This document shows, piece after piece, positions 61,726-64,000 of a DNA stretch of 64,000 nt (positions within the stretch are counted from its first letter, which is position 1; each line of letters starts with the position of its first letter). Under the pieces are notes generated by a model. The model did not search any database. It was not told where the DNA came from and was given only the letters and a program-made list of their open reading frames with translations. The position numbers and the translations under genes were made by a program. The DNA comes from Schmidtea nova (Eukaryota): positions 439,952,001 to 440,016,000 of the forward strand of contig CM097883.1 in assembly GCA_044892505.1 (NCBI GenBank). The letters run 5' to 3'.

Positions 61726-63832
61726 AAACTGAAAACAATTAATCCAAAGAAGGTTGTATTAGTTGATCATGATAAAAATCCAAACAAATTATTTCTAACG
61801 AGCGAAAAACTGATAATAATAACTAAAAAAAGTAACTTTTTCGTGGTTTTGTTGTTATTTGATTTAATTAATTTTTCAAAATACAATTTTTATAAGCCAA
61901 TAATTGGTTATTATTTTTGTACCTCCAAGCATACACACGCACGCAAGTACCCCTACAGACAACTAACAACACAGCATTCACCCGGAGTGTTTACACACGA
62001 TTTACGTAAGACTCTCTCGGGCTCTACAACCTCTTATAACACTTCAACATATCCATACTCACGCATTCACAACATATATAATAATAAAAGGACGTACATA
62101 ATATATATGTATGTGTGTATGTGTGTAACGCTGTATGATTATCTACCGATTATTATAAGTAATATATAAATTTGTTAAAAATAATTTATTATTATAATAA
62201 AAGATATTGAATTAAAAATTCCAAACTATATTTGTAACGCCTGAAAATGGTGCTCCGATTATTTGAAGTAAAAATCAATTTTTATTATGGACTCTGTTCT
62301 TTATCATTATGAGTTGATAAAAGTGAATTAGAAAAATAAAAGAAGGAACATTGATTTTAAATGCATCAGATAATTATGTATTTTAATTGATATATAAACA
62401 AACGCCTGTCATTTTTACAGGTTATAGATAGTTGTTTAATAAATTTTAATTTCGATTATATTTTCTTGAAATCACATTTTAAGTTTATTATCGAAACTTT
62501 ACGAATCAAAATGTGAAATGTTCCCGGCTAATAATATGGCGTTGAATAGATTGCAAATGTCAAATTTGATTCTGCTGTCGTGGTCTCACTCATATGGGCT
62601 CATTCAATTGAAAATCTGGTTCATTATTGACAGGAAAATTGTCAATTTCTCAATTGTTCAAAATATTAATTTTTCACTTATGGAAAATTTATTAAAATTA
62701 TTACTATATTATTTTTGGTGACAAAATTCAAAAAGTCGCACCAAATGAAATTTTAAAAATTTAATTTTACGATGAGAATATTTTAACAAAAATTAATTTT
62801 CACTGGAAAAACAGAAAAAATTCCCGGTGTAGTGATAAACATTTACGATGAACAATATTCGCCGGTCATTTATCCATATCAGCTGTTGATTTTGGTTTTT
62901 TGTTGCCCTAAAATCCGAAAAATCGTTTTAGTTATTTCCGGAACTTGAAATTTCTAAAAAGCCTTCTACCAACAGTAAAGAAATACACAAACTTCTTAAT
63001 GTGTAACAATAAAATAATATATAAAATTATAAATATCTGAAATTTTAAAATAAAAAACTCGAAATAAAAGATTTTTAAAAAATCTTTTAAGATTATTTTA
63101 TATACAAAGAATAGAATATTAAAATGTCAAATTTAATATATTTAAAATTATTTTATAATAATTAAAAAACTCATAAAAATTAAAAAAATTTTAGATATTA
63201 AAATGATCTAATTTCTATCCAATTTAAATGCAGATACTTTACTTGAAAGAAATACACGTTTACGAGTATTTGATGTTGTTTTTTATTTATTTTTAAATAT
63301 TTTTTTTAATGGTGCTACCANNNNNNNNNNNNNNNNNNNNNNNNNNNNNNNNNNNNNNNNNNNNNNNNNNNNNNNNNNNNNNNNNNNNNNNNNNNNNNNN
63401 NNNNNNNNNNNNNNNNNNNNNNNNNNNNNNNNNNNNNNNNNNNNNNNNNNNNNNNNNNNNNNNNNNNNNNNNNNNNNNNNNNNNNNNNNNNNNNNNNNNN
63501 NNNNNNNNNNNNNNNNNNNNNNNNNNNNNNNNNNNNNNNNNNNNNNNNNNNNNNNNNNNNNNNNNNNNNNNNNNNNNNNNNNNNNNNNNNNNNNNNNNNN
63601 NNNNNNNNNNNNNNNNNNNNNNNNNNNNNNNNNNNNNNNNNNNNNNNNNNNNNNNNNNNNNNNNNNNNNNNNNNNNNNNNNNNNNNNNNNNNNNNNNNNN
63701 NNNNNNNNNNNNNNGATGGGCGTCCGCCAATATACTATCATAATTATCTTTTTTCACCTTTGATCTTTTTTTATTATTATTATCAATAATTCTCATAATG
63801 ACTATAGATCAAAATTTTTTTTTTTATAAACA

Positions 63833-63869
63833 ATAACACAATATTTCGGCACAGCCTTTATCAAGTGTG

Positions 63870-63873
<4 letters not shown>
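63833..63873 (-). ncRNA. Minimal hammerhead ribozyme with compensatory U3-A8 core (best-preserved copy)
   Basis: Reverse complement reads AUA-C-ACAC-UUGAUAA-A-GGC-UGU-GCC-GAAA-UAUU-GUGU-UAU. Stem I ACAC/GUGU, stem II GGC/GCC, palindromic AUAU stem III. Confidence 0.65.
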
Positions 63874-63911
<38 letters not shown>

Positions 63912-64000
63912 CTATAATTATAAGTATAATTATAAAAAAGTGAAGGATATCAATAATAAAGTTACCATTTAAAACAATTTTTGATATATTTCGGAGATTA

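Overview
This is very AT-rich eukaryotic DNA with many N-gaps, dominated by transposable elements. It is probably from an animal; the taxon cannot be fixed from sequence alone. No rRNA, tRNA or CRISPR array is visible. The main feature is a 7,925-bp non-autonomous Polinton/Maverick derivative (52319-60243). It has AGTAG termini, ~1.2-kb identical-looking terminal inverted repeats and a 6-bp TATTTA target-site duplication. It keeps only the C-terminal tip of the protein-primed DNA polymerase B. It also carries an intact IAP-type RING gene, a ~2.7-kb block of tandem repeats rich in AP-1-, E2F- and TCF/SOX-like motifs, and an internal diverged terminus ending in a 114-bp snap-back hairpin. The window also holds Penelope-type minimal hammerhead ribozymes: one canonical core at ~47403-47452, and a dispersed family with a compensatory U3-A8 core that often forms fold-backs. 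Other mobile elements are a 2.1-kb Ty3/gypsy mini-LTR element joining gag directly to integrase, three Tc1/IS630-like elements (two countable as DD34E), a truncated Merlin/ISXO2 transposase, several hAT relics and MITEs, and piggyBac MITEs, one only 72 bp. Host-gene fragments include a PPP4R1-like HEAT protein, a C2H2 zinc-finger exon and unidentified exons. All protein and family assignments come from motif recognition by eye, not from database searches.
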